From an uncultured Gemmatimonadales bacterium (lineage in GTDB: Bacteria > Gemmatimonadota > Gemmatimonadetes > Gemmatimonadales > GWC2-71-9): a stretch of DNA of 64,000 nt. The position numbers and the translations under genes are program-made. The stretch is taken from positions 128,001 to 192,000 of the forward strand of contig CAWJMT010000036.1 of the NCBI GenBank assembly GCA_963844035.1, written 5' to 3'. The notes beneath the pieces are model-generated. The model did not search any database. It saw only the letters and a list, made by a program, of their open reading frames with translations, and was not told the DNA's origin. Positions 60,356 to 64,000 of the stretch are shown here, piece by piece; within the stretch, counting starts at the first letter, position 1; every line of letters begins with the position of its first letter.

Positions 60356-61269
60356 AGCGCGCGAGCGAGTTGTGGCTGTCGGTGCTGATCGTCGTGCTCG
60401 GCGTGCCCGTTCATCTCACCGGCTTGCTTGTCCCGACGATTTACCGCGACCCGGCCGTGCTCTTGCCGCAGAACCTGGGCACGGACCTGGTCACTCTGCT
60501 GGTCGGTCTCCCGCTGCTCGCCGCTTCAACAGTCGGCATGCGCGCGGGGTCGCTGCGCGCCCGCATCCTCTGGCTGGGCGCCCTCGGACTGTTGGTCTAC
60601 GTCTACGGGATGTATGCGCTGGGGGTCTGGTGGAACGAGCTGTTCCTCGTCTACGTCGCGCTGTTCGGTCTCTCGCTGTTCGCGTTGATCATCGGGCTCG
60701 TGAGCACGGACGCGGTGCGGATTCGCGCCGGCTTCGTCATGCAGGCCCCGGTACGGTCGGTGGCCGCGTACCTGATCGCGATCGCAGGTATGGTGGCAGC
60801 GATGTGGCTTGCGGAAGAAGTGGGTGCGCTGCTGCGCAGCACGGTGCCGCCGACGGTGCTGCAATTCGAGGCCCCCACGAACATCGTTCACGTGTTCGAC
60901 CTGGGTCTAGTCCTGCCCGCCATGGTCCTCGCCGCCCTGATGCTCCTGCGGGACCAGCCGTGGGGTTACGTGCTGGCGGGGATGCTGCTCGTCAAGGCGG
61001 CATCCATCGGCCTCTGGGTGGTGGCCATGATCTGGTTCTCCGCTCGACAGGGGTTCGGCGCGCCCGCCGCGTACACAGGGTTCTTCGTGTTGTTGACCAT
61101 CGCCGGCGGCATACTGAGCTGGCGCTTCTTGCGCGCGCTCAAGCCGCTCCGAACGCCGTGTCGCCGCTCGCTTCTCTCACCCTCCATCGAGCGAGGACCC
61201 ACCAATGACCACTGCAACCGCCGCGATGCGCCCTCCAGGCGCTTGGGCGCAGGATCCGCCCCTGGATAG
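60352..61269 (+). CDS. Hypothetical polytopic membrane protein (C-terminus possibly frameshift-extended)
   Basis: About 8 hydrophobic helices, GTDLVTL, NELFLVYV, VHVFDLG, PWGY. Confidence 0.78.
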   Translation: MKRASELWLSVLIVVLGVPVHLTGLLVPTIYRDPAVLLPQNLGTDLVTLLVGLPLLAASTVGMRAGSLRARILWLGALGLLVYVYGMYALGVWWNELFLVYVALFGLSLFALIIGLVSTDAVRIRAGFVMQAPVRSVAAYLIAIAGMVAAMWLAEEVGALLRSTVPPTVLQFEAPTNIVHVFDLGLVLPAMVLAALMLLRDQPWGYVLAGMLLVKAASIGLWVVAMIWFSARQGFGAPAAYTGFFVLLTIAGGILSWRFLRALKPLRTPCRRSLLSPSIERGPTNDHCNRRDAPSRRLGAGSAPG

Positions 61270-62182
61270 ACCTTCAGGAGCTGCCGAAGCATCTCGCCAA
61301 CGTGCTCCCGTTCCTGCTCGGCACAACGCTCGCGTACTGGCAGGCCGGGCGAATCGACTGGCTGGTGTTCGGCGTGGCATTGGTCGCGCTGTTCCTGCTC
61401 ACCGACGGCACGTACATCGCCAACGAGTACTTCGACTACGAGAACGACAAGCTGAACGTCGGCCGCATCGGCGGCGCCGACGCGGTGGGCGTGACGACGA
61501 CCGGTGGGACGCGCGTGCTCGTCAAGGGACTGATCCCGCGGCGGCACGCGCTCATCGCCGCCGTGAGTCGCGTTCCTCCTGGCGATCCCCGTCGGGTTGT
61601 TTCTCCGGTTCGGACTCGGCACCGGTCCGCTGACGATTCCGCTTGGGCGTGCTGGCGGTCTTCATCGGCTGGTTCTATACCGCTCCACCGATCAAGGCAT
61701 GCTACCGCGGCTTCGGCGAAATCTTCATTGCGGTGGGGCAGGGGCTCGTGGTGTTCGGCGCGTACTACGTGCAGCTCGGGTTTAGCACTCTGCCGTTGAT
61801 CGTGTCGTTGTCCTGGTTCATTGCGCTTCCGGCCCTCAAGATCATCCGTGAGTTCCCGGACTACGACGCCGATCGCGCCACCGGCAAACGCGGTCTGACG
61901 CTCCGGTTCGGCCGCGAGCGAATGGCCGTCGTGTACGACATCCTCATCGTCCTGGCGGTGCTGGCGTTCATCCCGACGTATTTCGTGCTGCGGTCACCCG
62001 CGTATTGGGCGGTACTGCTGCCGGCGTACTTCCTGCTGCGCAGTGTGCGCCTGACCATGGCGGGGGGCTGGCGTGTGCCGGACCGACTGGAGGCGGGCGC
62101 GGCGGCAGGATTCATCGGCATGCTGCTCATGCCGCTGGCGCTGACGGCCGCGTTCCTGGGTGCTGCGGTGCTGGGGCGGTGA
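61205..62182 (+). CDS. Second UbiA/MenA-family prenyltransferase, about 3 frameshifts
   Basis: ANEYFDYEND, TGGTRVL, FYTAPP, EFPDYDAD...GKR.L..RFG across three ORFs. Confidence 0.8.
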
Positions 62183-62237
62183 GTACCCGATCGTTCCTCA
62201 TCAGCACATCCGCACAATCACCCGGCCAGCAGCAGCA

Positions 62238-62444
62238 TCACCGCGAGTGCGACAGGCATCGCGGTGATGCTATCCGGCGCGGGCGGCGACCGCCCCGAGC
62301 TTTCCAGGCGCGGACCTGCGCAGCGAGCTTGGGCGGCATCGAGCGGCACGCACAGTGTTTCGCGTGGGCGTCGTGCCACGAAAGCCGCTGCGAGAGCGTC
62401 GCGTTGGGCGGCATCGGGTGTTTGGCGTGCCAGGTCGCGTTCAT
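62238..62444 (-). CDS. Small His/Cys-containing hypothetical protein
   Basis: MNATWHAKHPMPPNATLSQRLSWHDAHAKHCACRSMP; directly follows the upstream stop. Confidence 0.65.
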   Translation of the reverse strand: MNATWHAKHPMPPNATLSQRLSWHDAHAKHCACRSMPPKLAAQVRAWKARGGRRPRRIASPRCLSHSR

Positions 62445-62451
62445 ATGCATC

Positions 62452-63018
62452 CTACCGGATGTGACGGACGACGCCCAGCACGAGACCGATGTCGTTCCGC
62501 GTTTCAGACTCCTGTCCGGCGAACGGCGGCTGATAACAGTAGATGTTGCCGCGCGCCTCGAGCCGCACCGCCGTCTTGCCGGCCTGCAGCTCGGCGCCTA
62601 CGGCGCCGTATCCTGCCGTGCACGTATTGTTCGACACGTTCGGGTCGGCGTATGCGTACGTCCGGCCACCAGCTCCGAGGGCGACGAACGGTTTGAGGAG
62701 ATGCTCTCCATAGACCAACCGAGTGAGACCCACCTCGATCCCCAGCGTGTACTGCAGAATGCTGACGTGGGGGTTGGTGAACGCGTACTCGACCTCGCTC
62801 GGCGCCCAGCCGAACGATGCGACCGCATGCACGGCCGGCCGCAACTCCATCGCTGCCTCCAGGCCCAGGATGGGGGCGTCGGTGAACAGGTCATGTTGTG
62901 CACCCGTCGCAATCAGGGCACCGGTGAACCCCCGAATCTCGGGAGTGGACCTCGCCTGGGCCGGCAGCGCGGTTGCCGCCGCCACGAGCAGTCCGAGTAA
63001 AACCGCAACCGATTTCAT
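62452..63018 (-). CDS. Small outer-membrane beta-barrel protein
   Basis: Signal peptide (LPA-Q), KPFVALGAG, AVRLEAR; AAGGAGG RBS. Confidence 0.7.
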   Translation of the reverse strand: MKSVAVLLGLLVAAATALPAQARSTPEIRGFTGALIATGAQHDLFTDAPILGLEAAMELRPAVHAVASFGWAPSEVEYAFTNPHVSILQYTLGIEVGLTRLVYGEHLLKPFVALGAGGRTYAYADPNVSNNTCTAGYGAVGAELQAGKTAVRLEARGNIYCYQPPFAGQESETRNDIGLVLGVVRHIR

Positions 63019-63306
63019 GGGTCCTCCTTATGCCGAGGTGAGGCAGAACCGAACCATCGTACTGGGTGAACGATGGCGGTGCGTTTGTTACGTCAGCGTG
63101 AACGGAATGTGATGGTGGCGTCAGAGAGGGCCGAAGGCTCGGTGCGCCGAGTTGACGAACACCGTACATCGGTGGATGATTTGCTGGTGGGAGGACTGAC
63201 CGCTTGATGAAGACCTCTTCATACGGCCTTCGCGACAGTCAGGCGACCAGTCCCCTAGTGTAGCTCCGGCAGCGTCACGCTGTACCACCGCCTTCGGAGA
63301 CTCCGC

Positions 63307-64000
63307 ATGTACCTCCCCACGTCGCACCCGTGGGCGGAAGGCGAAACCCTCGGCGCATACCTCGAGAAGCGAGGTGTGAGCCGCCGGGATTTCCTCGCCT
63401 TTTCCGCCAAGATGTCCGCCGTTCTCGGTTTCAGTGAACTCATGACCCCTCGGATCGCGACGGCGCTCGCGGCTGTCAAGCGCCCGAGCGTCGTGTGGAT
63501 CTCCCTGCAGGAGTGCTCCGGCTGCACCGAGTCGGTGCTGCGCACCGCCGATCCGACGATCGGCGACCTCGTGCTCGACGTCGTGTCGCTCGATTTCCAG
63601 GAGAACCTGATGGCGGCCGCGGGATTCGCCGCGGAGACCGCGCTCCATGACGCCATGAAGAAAAACTTCGGCGAGTACGTGCTGATGGTGACGGGCTCGG
63701 TCCCGCTCAACGAGGGCGGCGTCTACACGACGGTCGCCGGACGTCCGGTGAAGGAGCTGCTCGAAGAAGCGGCGAAGGGTGCCAAGGCCGTCATCGCGGT
63801 GGGCGCCTGCGCGCATTGGGGCAACATCCAGGCGGCGCGGCCCAATCCCACCGGCGCCGTGGGCGTGAGCGACATCATCAAGGACAAGCCGGTCGTGAAC
63901 ATCGCGGGGTGCCCGCCGATCGGCGACGTGGTCACGGCGACCATCGTTCACTATCTGACGTTCGGCAAGATTCCCGCGCTCGACTACGAAGGGCGGCCGA
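63307..64000 (+). CDS. Group 1 [NiFe]-hydrogenase small subunit (HybO-like), 3' end runs off the window
   Basis: Manual translation: MYLPTSHPW...GVSRRDFL (Tat)...QECSGCTES...GACAHWG...PNPTGA...NIAGCPP; not in the ORF track. Confidence 0.95.
   Translation, partial: MYLPTSHPWAEGETLGAYLEKRGVSRRDFLAFSAKMSAVLGFSELMTPRIATALAAVKRPSVVWISLQECSGCTESVLRTADPTIGDLVLDVVSLDFQENLMAAAGFAAETALHDAMKKNFGEYVLMVTGSVPLNEGGVYTTVAGRPVKELLEEAAKGAKAVIAVGACAHWGNIQAARPNPTGAVGVSDIIKDKPVVNIAGCPPIGDVVTATIVHYLTFGKIPALDYEGRP

Noticed and set aside
63121..63951. 276-aa minus-strand ORF at the window end
   Set aside because: It is the antisense shadow of the hydrogenase small subunit on the plus strand.

Overview
High-GC bacterial chromosomal window. 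Gene content and style suggest Gemmatimonadota (inference only). No rRNA, tRNA, CRISPR, transposase or phage genes are recognisable. About 20 genes are broken by single-base indels, most likely long-read or assembly error rather than decay. The left part (1-38 kb) holds housekeeping and envelope genes: ECF sigma, cardiolipin synthase, AsnB, ArnT-like transferase, cyclophilin, Nth, PolX, ABC/OPT/RND transporters, peptidases and heat-shock proteins. At 27-29.5 kb is an array of three lipoprotein genes with a shared leader motif (genes 1 and 3) and a shared downstream palindrome. The right part (38-64 kb) is a bioenergetic island. Its centre is a seven-gene minus-strand operon: diheme lipoprotein, ~9-heme lipoprotein, ~20-heme NapC/NrfH-anchored cytochrome, putative beta-barrel porin, 16-heme cytochrome, low-potential-type Rieske protein and a cytochrome b-c fusion. 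This looks like a complete menaquinol-to-cell-surface electron conduit. It is followed by a full V/A-type ATPase operon, two MenA/UbiA prenyltransferases and the start of a Tat-exported group 1 [NiFe]-hydrogenase small subunit.
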